This document shows positions 17,878 through 31,902 of a stretch of 64,000 bases of DNA, piece by piece. Position 1 is the first letter of the stretch. The number at the start of each line of letters is the position of its first letter. The DNA lies in NCBI GenBank assembly GCA_965228735.1, contig OZ245838.1, positions 1,600,001 through 1,664,000 on the forward strand, written 5' to 3'. The translations under genes and the position numbers were made by a program. Source of the stretch: Planctomycetota bacterium. Lineage in GTDB: Bacteria > Planctomycetota > UBA1135 > UBA2386. A model generated the notes under the pieces. The model did not search any database and was not told where the DNA came from. It saw nothing but the letters and a program-made list of their open reading frames with translations.

Positions 17878-17979
17878 GCCCGGATCGGCCCAGTGCCCGG
17901 ATCGACCCAGTGCCCGGATCGGCCCAGTGCCCGGATCGGCCCAGTGCCCGGATCGACCCAGTGCCCGGATCGACCCGGT
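17878..17979. repeat. intergenic tandem array, 6 x 17 bp GCCCGGATCG(G/A)CCCAGT
   Basis: Units start at 17878, 17895, 17912, 17929, 17946 and 17963. Confidence 0.95.
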
Positions 17980-18188
17980 GCCGCACCGCGACGATCGCGC
18001 TCCGAATCCAGTGCAGCTTCGATGGCCGTAGCGCAGCACGTCGTAACCCGGCGCGACACCCGAGGCGAAGAACGCCATCGGGCTGCCGTCCTTACCGACG
18101 GCGGCGCCCTACCGCGCCCGACCGCACCCGCCGATGACTGTCGCCGACGATGCCGCAACGTCGCGCGCTGCCGCTCGAATCGCCTGGC

Positions 18189-18231
18189 CAAAGAAAAGGG
18201 GCGCCGCCGGCCTCGCGACCGACGGCGCCCC
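18189..18231 (-). terminator. intrinsic terminator
   Basis: Minus strand GGGGCGCCGTCGG...CCGGCGGCGCCCC followed by TTTTCTTT. Confidence 0.8.
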
Positions 18232-18264
18232 GAAGATCTCCGACCAGTATCCCGCGGCGCTGGA

Positions 18265-18419
18265 TCCCGATGCGCCAGTCAGTCGAGGACCAGCAATCGA
18301 GACGCCGCAAGTGGCAGGAGTGGGCCGCCCGTTCGGCGCCTAGTTCCGAACGGAACGGCCCATGCTGTCGGTCCCTCCCAAGGTGACCGCCCAACACGCG
18401 CCGAACCGTACGGATCGGG
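18265..18419 (-). ncRNA. structured ncRNA candidate, possibly 6S RNA
   Basis: Closing stem CCCGAT/ATCGGG, apical hairpin 18321-18362, own terminator downstream, no credible ORF. Confidence 0.4.
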
Positions 18420-18502
18420 CCGCCGTGCCGCCACCCTTTTCTTGACGCCGCACCACCATGGCTTGTGGGGTCTTGTGCACAACACCCCCACAACAGGAGT
18501 CG

Positions 18503-19870
18503 TCACGAGATGGACGTCGAGGCGAGCGGCAGCACCACGATGAACGTCGTGCCGCGGCCCGGCTCGGTATCGATCTCGATGCGGCCAGCGTGCCGCTCGA
18601 TGATGCCGTGGCTGATCGCGAGGCCGAGGCCCGTGCCCTTGTCGACGTCCTTGGTCGTGAAGAACGGGTCGAAGACCTGCGCGAGCGCCTCCTCGTCGAT
18701 GCCCGAGCCGCGATCGACGACGCGCAGTTCGAGCTCCGAGTCCCGCAGTTCGCTCTCGAGCCGCACGGTGCTCCCCGCGGGCGAAGCGTCCTTGGCGTTG
18801 AGCAGGATGTTGATGAGCACCTGCAGCAGGTGGTTCGGCGAGCCTTGGATCACGGCGGCCGGCGGCAGGGGTTCGGGATCGCAGGCGAGGTGCACCCCGG
18901 CCGAACGGAACGGCACCTTCACGAGATCGGCGGCCTCGCGCAGCAGGCCCGGCACGTCGAGCGGCCTCATCTCAAACGGGGTGTCGCGCGAGAACGTCAG
19001 CAGACCGTCGGTGATCTTCGCGATGCGACGCGTGTGCTTCTCGATCGTGTCGAGCTCGCCGAACAGCGTCTCCTGGTCGTCGCCGTCCTGCACGCGGTAG
19101 CGCAGGATCTGCACCTTGTTGGCGATGACGCCGATCGGATTGTTGATCTCGTGGCTGACGCCGGCGGCGAGCGTGCCGACGGACGCGAGCTTCTCGCTCG
19201 TGGCGAGGTTGCGCGACAGCCGCAGCAGCTGACGTTCACGATCGCGCAGGCGCGACAGCACACTGGCGACGAAGTAGATCGAGAAGATCAGGGTCGCGCC
19301 GTAGGCGAACAGCAGCAGCAGGAACCCGAGCGGCTCGATCGCGTCGAGCCGGTAGAGCCCGAGCGGCAGCGGGTGGTGCGCGAGCCAGCCGTAGAACTCG
19401 GCGAACCCGAGCGCCGCGAGCAGCACGAGGCTCGAGATCCCGACGATCACCGCGGCGCGCACGGACAGCACGAGCGCGGCGATGAACGCGTGGAACAGGT
19501 AGAACAACGCGACCGGGTTGGTCACCCCCCCGCTCCAGTGCAGCAGGGCGGTGAGCAACAGCAGGTCGACCGCGATCTGCAGGTAGACGTGCCGCCGCAC
19601 CCGCGCGAGCGGCCACTGCCGAAGGCGGCGATAGACCGCGATGTAGACGCCGTCGACGAGCGCGATCACCAGGCCGAGCACGTAGAGCGGCCAAGGGTCC
19701 GGAATGATCGCGAAGCCGTGCGCGGCGAGGGCGGTGAGCCACACGACGCTCGCGGCGACGACGAGCCGCAGCCGGTTGAACCACAGAACCTGCGAGCGCA
19801 GCGCCGCGACCTCGTGCGCCTCGTCGGGCAGCACCATCGCCGGGGCCGGAACTGTCGCGCGGTCACTCAT
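18503..19870 (-). CDS. membrane sensor histidine kinase (NtrB/PilS-like)
   Basis: Multiple TM helices; EKLASVGTLAAGVSHEINNP, NILLNAKDA, DRGSGI, FDPFFTTK, GTGLGL. Confidence 0.95.
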   Translation of the reverse strand: MSDRATVPAPAMVLPDEAHEVAALRSQVLWFNRLRLVVAASVVWLTALAAHGFAIIPDPWPLYVLGLVIALVDGVYIAVYRRLRQWPLARVRRHVYLQIAVDLLLLTALLHWSGGVTNPVALFYLFHAFIAALVLSVRAAVIVGISSLVLLAALGFAEFYGWLAHHPLPLGLYRLDAIEPLGFLLLLFAYGATLIFSIYFVASVLSRLRDRERQLLRLSRNLATSEKLASVGTLAAGVSHEINNPIGVIANKVQILRYRVQDGDDQETLFGELDTIEKHTRRIAKITDGLLTFSRDTPFEMRPLDVPGLLREAADLVKVPFRSAGVHLACDPEPLPPAAVIQGSPNHLLQVLINILLNAKDASPAGSTVRLESELRDSELELRVVDRGSGIDEEALAQVFDPFFTTKDVDKGTGLGLAISHGIIERHAGRIEIDTEPGRGTTFIVVLPLASTSIS

Positions 19871-20778
19871 TCGCGGAGCCGGGAATCGTACTCGGCACGT
19901 GAGTAGGACAGGACCGCCAACGTGAGCAACACGGTCGTGAGGATCGCCAGCGCGAGCACGGGGCTGCCGATCACGTCGTCGCGCAGCGCCCGGTCGCCGG
20001 GCCAGAGGATGCGTTCGAGGCGCGAATCCGGGTTGACGCGGTCGATCAGCAGGCGCCGCAGCGGGTCCGACACGGTCAGCGCGCGGATACCCGCGGAGAC
20101 GGGCAGCAGCGCCGTCACCATCTGCGTCACGACGAACACCGCGGACCATACGAGCGGGCGCCGGAACGTCGCGGCGACCCACGCGCCGAACGCTGCGTAT
20201 GCCATCGCGCCGAGCACCGCCATCGCGAGGAAGGCGTAGAGCGGCTCGCGCACGACGCCATCGCCCCAGATGTCCGGCTGCAGTGCGACGCCGACGAACA
20301 GGCCGATCACGCCGATCATCACGAGCACCGCGGCAACCGTGAGCGCGGCGAGCCATTTGCCGAGCAACAGCGCCGTGCGCGCGACGGGGCGCAGGAACAG
20401 ATACTGGAACGTGCGGTCCTCGATGTCACCGTGGATGGCCTGCACCGCGAGGTACATCGTCGCCCATGGCAGCACGACCCAGGTCTGGAACCACCACGCG
20501 AGAAGGCAGTAGAGATCGTGGCCATCGAGCCGGTTGCGCGGGAACCCCGCGAGACCGAACGCGAGCACGGCGCCGATGAGTTCACCGATCAGGAGCAACC
20601 ACAGGAGCCGGTTGCCGAGGAGCAGCCGCAGCGACTGCTGCGCGGACACCAACGTGGTCGCTACGAAACCGAGGCGGCCGGCAGTGCCGGCGCCGGTCAG
20701 CACACCGGCCCCGCCGCCGGCCGCACTGGCCCTGTCGCCAGGCCCACTGCTGTGTCGACCGTCCCGTGCTGCGATCAC
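19867..20778 (-). CDS. ABC-2 type transporter permease
   Basis: About six TM helices; DIEDRTFQYLFLRPVAR..LLLGKW. Confidence 0.88.
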   Translation of the reverse strand: MIAARDGRHSSGPGDRASAAGGGAGVLTGAGTAGRLGFVATTLVSAQQSLRLLLGNRLLWLLLIGELIGAVLAFGLAGFPRNRLDGHDLYCLLAWWFQTWVVLPWATMYLAVQAIHGDIEDRTFQYLFLRPVARTALLLGKWLAALTVAAVLVMIGVIGLFVGVALQPDIWGDGVVREPLYAFLAMAVLGAMAYAAFGAWVAATFRRPLVWSAVFVVTQMVTALLPVSAGIRALTVSDPLRRLLIDRVNPDSRLERILWPGDRALRDDVIGSPVLALAILTTVLLTLAVLSYSRAEYDSRLRE

Positions 20779-21779
20779 GAGACCAGGCTCCCGAACACGA
20801 ATCCGAGGTCGTCGTCGAGCGGTTCGATCGCGCTGATCCCGGGCTCCCAGTCGGCCGCGAGCTCGGTCAACGCGCGGAAGAACCCCGAGAGTTCGTCGAC
20901 CGTGACTTCGAGCACGGCGTCGGGCAGCACGCGAACGCCGCCGACGTGCGGCAGCGCGAGCAGCCGTGCGGCCAGCGCGCGTTCGTCGCCGCCGACGATT
21001 CGGAAGCGGCGCGGCTGCCCCGGCAGTTGATCGCGGAGTTCGTCGACCCGCCCCTCCGCGAGAACGCGACCCTGGTGGATGAAGACGACGCGGTCCGTGA
21101 CGCTCTCGAGCTCGTGCAGCACGTGACTGCTGACGACCACCCCCACCCCGCGCGCCGGCAACCCACGGATCACGGCGCCGAGCTCGCGGCGGGCGATCGG
21201 GTCGAGCCCGGTCATCGGTTCATCGAGCAGCACGACACGGGGCTCGTGCGCGAGCGCCTGCGCGAGGCGAACGCGCTGCCGCATGCCCTTGCTGTACTCG
21301 CGAATGCGCCGGTCCATCGCGTCGCCGAGCCCGAGTTCGGCCAGCACGTCGCCGGCCCGTTCGCGCGCCGCCCGCCGCCCGAAGCCGTGGTAGCGCAGCA
21401 ACCACGCGACGAACGTCCGGCCCGTGAGTGACTCGTAGAGCCGATCGGTGTCCGGACAGAAACCGACGAGCCGCCGCGTGTCGCGCAGGCCGGCGGGCTG
21501 GCCCGCGACGGTGACCGCGCCCTGGCTCGGCGCGAGCAGTCCCGCCGCGATCTTCATCAGCGTCGACTTGCCGGCGCCGTTCTTGCCGACGAGCCCGACG
21601 ACCTCGGTAGATACGGTGAACGACACGCCCATCAGCGCCGTGATCGCGCCGTACCACTTGCTCACGTCGCCGAAGTGGAGCATCGCGGCGGCGGGCGGCG
21701 CGGCCTCGGGCGCGGCTGCCCCGGGGATTGGCGACCCGCGGACTGGCGACCCGGGGATTGGCGACTCGGGGCCGCTCAT
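20775..21779 (-). CDS. ABC transporter ATP-binding protein
   Basis: GKNGAGKST, YSKGMRQR, LLDEPMTGLDP, SSH; N-terminal 3x SP(I/V)(P/R)G repeat. Confidence 0.93.
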   Translation of the reverse strand: MSGPESPIPGSPVRGSPIPGAAAPEAAPPAAAMLHFGDVSKWYGAITALMGVSFTVSTEVVGLVGKNGAGKSTLMKIAAGLLAPSQGAVTVAGQPAGLRDTRRLVGFCPDTDRLYESLTGRTFVAWLLRYHGFGRRAARERAGDVLAELGLGDAMDRRIREYSKGMRQRVRLAQALAHEPRVVLLDEPMTGLDPIARRELGAVIRGLPARGVGVVVSSHVLHELESVTDRVVFIHQGRVLAEGRVDELRDQLPGQPRRFRIVGGDERALAARLLALPHVGGVRVLPDAVLEVTVDELSGFFRALTELAADWEPGISAIEPLDDDLGFVFGSLVS

Positions 21780-22669
21780 CCAAGGGCCTCCCGCACGGAG
21801 AACCGTCGGCGTGCCGCGAGCCCGAGCGCGGCGACCACGGAGAACAGCACGAGCAACGCCGGCACGAGCGGGGCGCCGCGCGTCGACATGCCCGCGGCCG
21901 CGCGCGCGACGACCCCGCCAGCGTCCCAGAGGCTGGCCCACGACCGCATCGCCGGACTGTCGAACACCACGGCCATGACGTTCGCGACGGCCGAACTGCC
22001 GACCATGAGGATGCACCATGTCACGATCGACTGGCTCGGTGTCGCGGCGAGGCTCGACACCAGTACGCTGATCGTCGCCCAGCACGACGTGACGACCACG
22101 AGCCCGCCGACGAGTCCGGGCATGAAGCCGACGGTCTCGGCGAACAGCTGCCAGTCGTCAGCCATGAGCACGGCGAACACCCAGAGCAACAGCGGCACGC
22201 CGACGGTGACCAGCGAGATGAGCGCGAGCGCGCCGAGGATCTTCGCGGCCAGGTATCCGACGGGCGTGATGCCGCGCGTCCACAGCAGCTCGAGCCCGTT
22301 CGTCATCCGGTCGCGCGCGACCGCGCCCGCGGTCACGGTCGAGGTCAGGAGCACGAACAGCGGCAGCCCCGGAAACGTCCGCACCACGGCCTCAACGTAG
22401 AAGTCGGGCTGCGTCGGGTCCCACTGCCGAAACGCTTCGGCCCGCGCAGCCATGCCAGCCCGCATGCCGCCGAAGTCGACGACACCGAACCAGACCATGA
22501 GGACGAACAGCTTGACGACGAACGGCAGCACGCAGACGCAGAACACCGCAACGCCCCACTTGCTGCGGAAGAGGTGACCGAACTCCTTGCTCGCGAGCGG
22601 CAGCCAACGGCGCCAGCCCGGAACGCGCGCGAACGCCGCGCCGCGGTAGCCGAGATCGCGAATCGTCAT
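21776..22669 (-). CDS. ABC-2 type transporter permease
   Basis: TM helices; ARDR..NGLELLWTR.IT..YL.AK. Confidence 0.85.
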   Translation of the reverse strand: MTIRDLGYRGAAFARVPGWRRWLPLASKEFGHLFRSKWGVAVFCVCVLPFVVKLFVLMVWFGVVDFGGMRAGMAARAEAFRQWDPTQPDFYVEAVVRTFPGLPLFVLLTSTVTAGAVARDRMTNGLELLWTRGITPVGYLAAKILGALALISLVTVGVPLLLWVFAVLMADDWQLFAETVGFMPGLVGGLVVVTSCWATISVLVSSLAATPSQSIVTWCILMVGSSAVANVMAVVFDSPAMRSWASLWDAGGVVARAAAGMSTRGAPLVPALLVLFSVVAALGLAARRRFSVREALG

Positions 22670-23664
22670 GGCGTCGCCCCTTTCGACGGGGTGCCGCGCG
22701 AAGGCGCGCGGTCGCCCGCTCGCGCGTCGGCAGTCAGGACCTCGGGGCCCGGCTCCGCGGCGGCGTCGACGACCTGCAGGAACGTGTCCTCGAGCGTCCG
22801 TCGCGCCTCCTGCAGCTGGCGCACGCACCCACCCGCCGCGAGCACCGCCCGGTAGAGCACCTGGAGCGGCAGCTCGGCCGGCAGCGTCGCGATCCAACGG
22901 CCCGCGCCGTCCGGGTGCAGCCGAACCGACGCCTCGACGTGCGGCGTGAGATCGAGCTCCCGAGGTTCGACCGCGAAGGCCACGCGACGTTCCGCGACCT
23001 GCGTCAGCTCCCGAATCGAACCGGCAGCAACCACCCGACCCGCAGCCAACACCACGACATGCTCACAGACGGCCTCGACGTCCTGGAGGATGTGGGTCGA
23101 CAACACGACGGACTTGCCATGGCGGGTGCACAGCGAACGAATGAGGTCGAGCATCTCGGTGCGCCCGTCCGGATCCAGACCGTTCGTGGGCTCATCGAGG
23201 AACAACACCTCCGGATCGTGCACGAGCGCCGCCGCGAGCTTGGCCTTCTGCCGCATGCCAGCGCTGTAGGTCGACACGCCGCGGTAACGCTGTTCTTCGA
23301 GCCCGACGAGGTAGAGCGCCTCGTGCGCGCGCCGCCAGGCATCGCGCCGGGGCAGGCCGCTGAGCCGACCCAGTGTCGCCACCATCTCGAAGCCGGACAT
23401 CCCCGGCAGGTGCGCGTCACGCTCGGGCATGTAGCCGACGCGTTCTCGCACGATCGTGCCAGGCGCGCCGGCTGGCACATCGAGAATCTGGAGGCGCCCG
23501 GACGCGGGACGCACGAGCCCGAGCAGAGCCTTGAGGATCGAGCTCTTGCCCGCCCCGTTCTGCCCGAGCAGGCCGCTCGCCCCGTTCGGGAACGTCAAGG
23601 ACACCGCGTCGACCGCGGTGTGCCTGCCGTACCGAATGGTGACGTCGTCGAGCAGAACCGTCAT
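22666..23664 (-). CDS. ABC transporter ATP-binding protein
   Basis: GQNGAGKSS, YSAGMRQK, FLDEPTNGLDP, STH. Confidence 0.93.
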   Translation of the reverse strand: MTVLLDDVTIRYGRHTAVDAVSLTFPNGASGLLGQNGAGKSSILKALLGLVRPASGRLQILDVPAGAPGTIVRERVGYMPERDAHLPGMSGFEMVATLGRLSGLPRRDAWRRAHEALYLVGLEEQRYRGVSTYSAGMRQKAKLAAALVHDPEVLFLDEPTNGLDPDGRTEMLDLIRSLCTRHGKSVVLSTHILQDVEAVCEHVVVLAAGRVVAAGSIRELTQVAERRVAFAVEPRELDLTPHVEASVRLHPDGAGRWIATLPAELPLQVLYRAVLAAGGCVRQLQEARRTLEDTFLQVVDAAAEPGPEVLTADARAGDRAPSRGTPSKGATP

Positions 23665-24482
23665 CGCGTCGCCGCCGAATCCGAGCGCTCCCGGTCGGAC
23701 GCTCCCCCGACCGACCCGCCAGCCTCCGACTCGAGCACGGCAGCAAGACCTGCCCATCCAGCGCCACCGGACCCCAGCGCCGTGAGTCGCACATCGACCT
23801 GCCGATCGAATCCCTGCTTGCCGCGCTGATGCACCCGACGCAGCCCCGTCACGCGCTTCCGGCCGCGGCCGAGTCGCTCGAGGAACGCGATCGACTCGGG
23901 CCGCGACGGGTCCGCGTGCAGCACGATTCCATCGGGCGCGAGAGCGCGCTCAACAGTCGCCAACAGGCCCGCCGCTCCCGAGGCGTGGTAGCTCACGTCC
24001 GCGAGCAGCACGACATCGATCTTCCCATTGAGCTCCGCCGTCCGCACCGGGTCGTCCCAACCGCATTCCAGCTCCTGCACACTGCCCGCTGGATCCACCA
24101 CCCTCGCCCCGTTCCAGGTCGCGAACGCCAGCGCGTCGGCCTCCCGATCGAGGAACGTAACCCGCGCCCCGAGACTCGCCGCCGCGAGCCCCGGGACACC
24201 GAGCCCGCAGCCGAGGTCGAGCACGGCGCGACCACGCAGCCAGTCCGTCGCGCGGCTCCAGCGCGCGAGCGCCCAGACCATGCCGAGGCTGGCAGGCCAG
24301 ACCTCGACCCAGTACGGCGGCTCGTCGTCACGTCGGAACGACCGGGCCCACTCCCCTTTGCGCAGGAAGTCACGGGCAGCGGGGACCACGAGCCGCAGGG
24401 AACGATCCCCCACGGGCACCGAGATCGACCGCGGATCGTACCGTCGCAGCCGATCGTCCTTGCGCGCCTCGGGAACCGTCAC
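23661..24482 (-). CDS. class I SAM-dependent methyltransferase (Methyltransf_16/METTL21-like)
   Basis: PYWVEVWPAS, VLDLGCGLG, LLADVSY, ADPSR; start uncertain. Confidence 0.85.
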   Translation of the reverse strand: MTVPEARKDDRLRRYDPRSISVPVGDRSLRLVVPAARDFLRKGEWARSFRRDDEPPYWVEVWPASLGMVWALARWSRATDWLRGRAVLDLGCGLGVPGLAAASLGARVTFLDREADALAFATWNGARVVDPAGSVQELECGWDDPVRTAELNGKIDVVLLADVSYHASGAAGLLATVERALAPDGIVLHADPSRPESIAFLERLGRGRKRVTGLRRVHQRGKQGFDRQVDVRLTALGSGGAGWAGLAAVLESEAGGSVGGASDRERSDSAATR

Positions 24483-24562
24483 GTGCCCTTTGTAGCAGTT
24501 GTCAGCGCGGAACCGTCGCGGGCGTGCCGCGAAAGTCTGCCCCCAGCGGAGCATCGGAAACG

Positions 24563-24608
24563 AAAAAAGCGCCCATCCCGGCAGGCGAGGAGCCTGAGGA
24601 TGGGCGCT
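24563..24608 (-). terminator. rRNA operon terminator
   Basis: Minus strand AGCGCCCATCC...GGATGGGCGCT followed by a T-run. Confidence 0.8.
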
Positions 24609-24616
24609 GAAGAATG

Positions 24617-24725
24617 ACCCGGCGCTGACCTACTTTCGCACAGAGCACTATCATCGGCCCTGGCTGCTTGACTGCCGTGTTCGGAATGGGAACGGGTATT
24701 TCCAGCCAGGTATGGGCACCGGGAG
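24617..24725 (-). rRNA. rrf: 5S rRNA (short, ~109 nt)
   Basis: CCCGTTCCCATTCCGAACACGGCAGTCAAGC; terminal helix CCGGTG/CGCCGG. Confidence 0.95.
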
Positions 24726-24870
24726 ACGCATTGAGACCGCGATGGGGATCGCGGCGCTGTCCGTCAGGGTGCACGGCTGCTGCCGGCACGCGCTCACGAA
24801 CGAGCGCAACTCGCGCTCAGGAAGAGAGACCGCTGGGGGTCTTCGAGTCCACTTGAAGTGGAATAAATGA

Positions 24871-27792
<2,922 letters not shown>

Positions 27793-27832
27793 TGATTCTC
27801 ACTCGAGATCCTCAACGATCTCTCTTCCTGAA

Positions 27833-27850
27833 CCCGAGTTGTCAAAGAAC
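27833..27850 (-). promoter_or_regulatory. boxA-like antitermination/processing motif in the ITS
   Basis: Minus strand GTTCTTTGACAACTCGGG; near-copy in the rRNA leader. Confidence 0.6.
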
Positions 27851-27922
27851 GAAGCGCCGCGCGGATACCGCGGGCGCTGTGCGTTTGCAGTCTCTTCTCC
27901 GAGCCGCTCGGCATGGCCGAAT

Positions 27923-27998
27923 TGGTGGAGACGAGGGGAATCGAACCCCTGACCTTCTGGTTGCAAACCAGATGCTCTACCAATTGAGCTACGTCCCC
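27923..27998 (-). tRNA. tRNA-Ala(TGC)
   Basis: GGGGACGTAGCTCAATTGGTAGAGC...TTGCAA...TCCACCA. Confidence 0.97.
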
Positions 27999-28047
27999 GC
28001 CCTACCGGGCGCGGGCGCAGCCGTCAGCGGCAGAGCTCCACACCGAA

Positions 28048-28124
28048 TGGTTGGCCTAGGTGGATTCGAACCACCGACCTTACGCTTATCAGGCGTACGC
28101 TCTAACCAGCTGAGCTATAGGCCA
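28048..28124 (-). tRNA. tRNA-Ile(GAT)
   Basis: TGGCCTATAGCTCAGCTGGTTAGAGC...CTGATAA...TAGGCCAACCA. Confidence 0.97.
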
Positions 28125-28284
28125 CAGCGACCGAGACCGATCACTCCGCGACGCGGATGACCGAACTCGAGAAGAGAAAGTAGGGTGGCCTCGAAAAGAC
28201 TCGCGCGTGAGTCCTGTGATTGCACATCGAGCGATGACCGGCGAACCCGGAGGTCCACCCGCGCCGCTCGCGGCAACTTTCCTT

Positions 28285-29843
<1,559 letters not shown>

Positions 29844-30056
29844 TGAGTTCATCCATTTCTTCTTGTCGCGATCACGACCGGCACGCGCCTCTCGACGCCC
29901 GCCAACCGCGATCCAGCTGACCGACACGGACGCTGCGACACACTTCCAGCCAACCGAGAGCCCAGACCCGAAGGCCTGCACCAACTGCTGCTCGAAGTGC
30001 CCGTCACAACGTGACTTCCGTGTCAGCTCTTGCTCACACGCTTGCTTTCGAGGCCA

Positions 30057-30074
30057 CCCAGAATGTCAAAGATC
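30057..30074 (-). promoter_or_regulatory. boxA-like motif in the rRNA leader
   Basis: Minus strand GATCTTTGACATTCTGGG. Confidence 0.6.
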
Positions 30075-30115
30075 GACCCTCGGGGCTGGCGATGCCTCGC
30101 CGCGAGGGGGCGAAG

Positions 30116-30143
30116 AAGCTAGCGCGCGGCGAGTCCTGGTCAA
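30116..30143 (-). promoter_or_regulatory. sigma70-type rRNA promoter
   Basis: TTGACC-N16-TAGCTT followed by a GC-rich discriminator. Confidence 0.7.
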
Positions 30144-30272
30144 GCTTCGGCTGCCGGATTTTGTGACCGCGCTGCGGTGCGCCGGGGGGCCCGGCCGACC
30201 GCGCGCTTCGGTCGGCGGCGGCCGGGGCCCGCGGCCGACGCCGGGCGGTCGACCGAACCCGTGACGGCGAGG

Positions 30273-31046
30273 CTAGCTACGGCAGGCAACGAGCGCGCTC
30301 ACGACGCCCGCATCGGCACCCCGGAGGACCGCCGCGCAGGCCCGTAGCGTCGCCCCGGTCGTGAACACGTCGTCGATCAACAACACGCTGCGCCCGCGAA
30401 CCAGCCTCCCCTCGGCCGCGACCTGGAACGCGCCCTCGACGTTGCGCTCCCGCGAGGTCGTGCGCGGGTCGCCCTGGGGCCGGGTCGCCCGCGCCCGCAC
30501 CAGCACAGCGCTGCCGAGCGGCCAGCCCCACCGCTCGGCGATCCGGCCGGCAAGCCAGGCCGCCTGGTCGAAGCCGCGCTCGCGGCGCCGCGTCCGGTGC
30601 AAGGGCACCGGCACCACGACGTGCCGGGACGCGGACGAACGGCACTGCCGCCAGGCCTGCCGCATCGCGCGCGCGAGCAGGAGACCCGCCGCGACGTCGC
30701 CGTCCAGCTTGAAGCGGCGCACGAGCGCCCCGCCGGTCCCGGCGAAGCGGAAGGGCGCTACGAGTTGCGCGAGGTTGCGCAGCGGCCGGTGATCGGCGAT
30801 GCAACCGCGGCCCGGCACGACCGGCTCCCCGCAGCGCGGACAGCCGCCGGCTCGCCGCACGAGACGACGATCGCAGACGTCGCACAACGCGCCCGCACCG
30901 CGCTGGCCGCAAGCCGCACAATCGGTGCGGAACAGGGTCTGCGCCGCACCCTGCAGCAGTTCGCGCGCCGGCCGACGCCAACCACGGAGTAGTCGAGCCC
31001 GGAGAACGTTCACATCCGGGTGCAGCGACGGCCTGCAGAACGGCAC
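30273..31046 (-). CDS. comF: ComF family protein (double zinc ribbon plus PRT domain)
   Basis: CAACG...CDVC...CPRCG, VPVPLH..R.RERGFDQA, LLIDDVFTTGATL; start uncertain. Confidence 0.88.
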   Translation of the reverse strand: MPFCRPSLHPDVNVLRARLLRGWRRPARELLQGAAQTLFRTDCAACGQRGAGALCDVCDRRLVRRAGGCPRCGEPVVPGRGCIADHRPLRNLAQLVAPFRFAGTGGALVRRFKLDGDVAAGLLLARAMRQAWRQCRSSASRHVVVPVPLHRTRRRERGFDQAAWLAGRIAERWGWPLGSAVLVRARATRPQGDPRTTSRERNVEGAFQVAAEGRLVRGRSVLLIDDVFTTGATLRACAAVLRGADAGVVSALVACRS

Positions 31047-31196
31047 GGAATCGGCGACCGATACTGGACCGCTGCCTGGTTCCGGAGCGATCGGAGGACC
31101 ACGTGGAACGCCAGAGCTTCGCAGGCGGCCGGCGGATGCCCGCCGTTCGAAGCAGATTGCGGCGCGTGCGCGCGGGATCCCGTTGAGCGAAGCGGG

Positions 31197-31553
31197 CTAT
31201 CCCTTCGGCACGCCAGAGCCGGCGTTCGGCACGCCCGAGCCACCCGGCTGCCCGTTCTGCCGCCGCGGTCGCGCGACGCCGGCCATCGTGAGCAGGTCGC
31301 GTACCGTCCGATGCGATTCGACGGGATGGCGCAGCGGCACATCGTCGTGGATCTCGTAGTGGTTGCGCCGGCCGTCGCGCGTGCGGGTCAACGCCCCGCA
31401 AGACTCGAGATCATTGACGATCGCCTGCACGGCGCGTTCGGTGATCCCCACTCTCAGCGCCACATCGCGGACCCGCGCGTCGGGTTCCTCGGCCAGACAC
31501 ACGAGCACGTGCGCGTGGTTGCTCAAGAACGTCCAGTGAGAGTTGCCGGCCAT
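31197..31553 (-). CDS. winged HTH transcriptional regulator (MarR/AsnC-type)
   Basis: WTFLSNHAHVL, RVRDVALRVGITERAVQ, GRRNHY, LRHPVE. Confidence 0.9.
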   Translation of the reverse strand: MAGNSHWTFLSNHAHVLVCLAEEPDARVRDVALRVGITERAVQAIVNDLESCGALTRTRDGRRNHYEIHDDVPLRHPVESHRTVRDLLTMAGVARPRRQNGQPGGSGVPNAGSGVPKG

Positions 31554-31662
31554 CGTTCTACTGGCAGCCCAAGACCGCAGGGGCGCCATGGAAGTATCGT
31601 CCGAGTCACACCGGGGCGCAAGACAACTGAGGGAAAGCACCGGAATCGTGCTTCATCCATAC

Positions 31663-31679
31663 TGCGGGAAAATCCCGCA
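31663..31679. promoter_or_regulatory. candidate operator palindrome
   Basis: Perfect TGCGGGA-AAA-TCCCGCA between the divergent HTH and SulP genes. Confidence 0.4.
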
Positions 31680-31902
31680 CGGGCACGGTAACCACCATGC
31701 GATCGGTGGTTTCCGGTGGAGAAGTGCGACCGGTCGGACGCAGCGTTTGCGACTCCGAAATGCACCTCGTTTCCCGATCTTTATTTACCGAAATAACCTT
31801 CTGGAATCGGGGATCCGGTGCACTAGAACGGCCGGATGCAGCGGTGACGGAACCGCCGGCCCACCCGGCCCGAGCCGCCGCCGCCCGACAAGGAGCGCCC
31901 GC

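Noticed and set aside
17878..17979. CRISPR array
   Set aside because: Repeats are contiguous with no spacers, and there are no cas genes
17788..18078. 96-aa ORF spanning the 17-bp array
   Set aside because: A repeat period that is not a multiple of 3 and non-protein-like composition
18265..18419. Cobalamin riboswitch, SRP RNA or tmRNA
   Set aside because: B12 box, SRP helix-8 motif and tRNA-like ends are not seen
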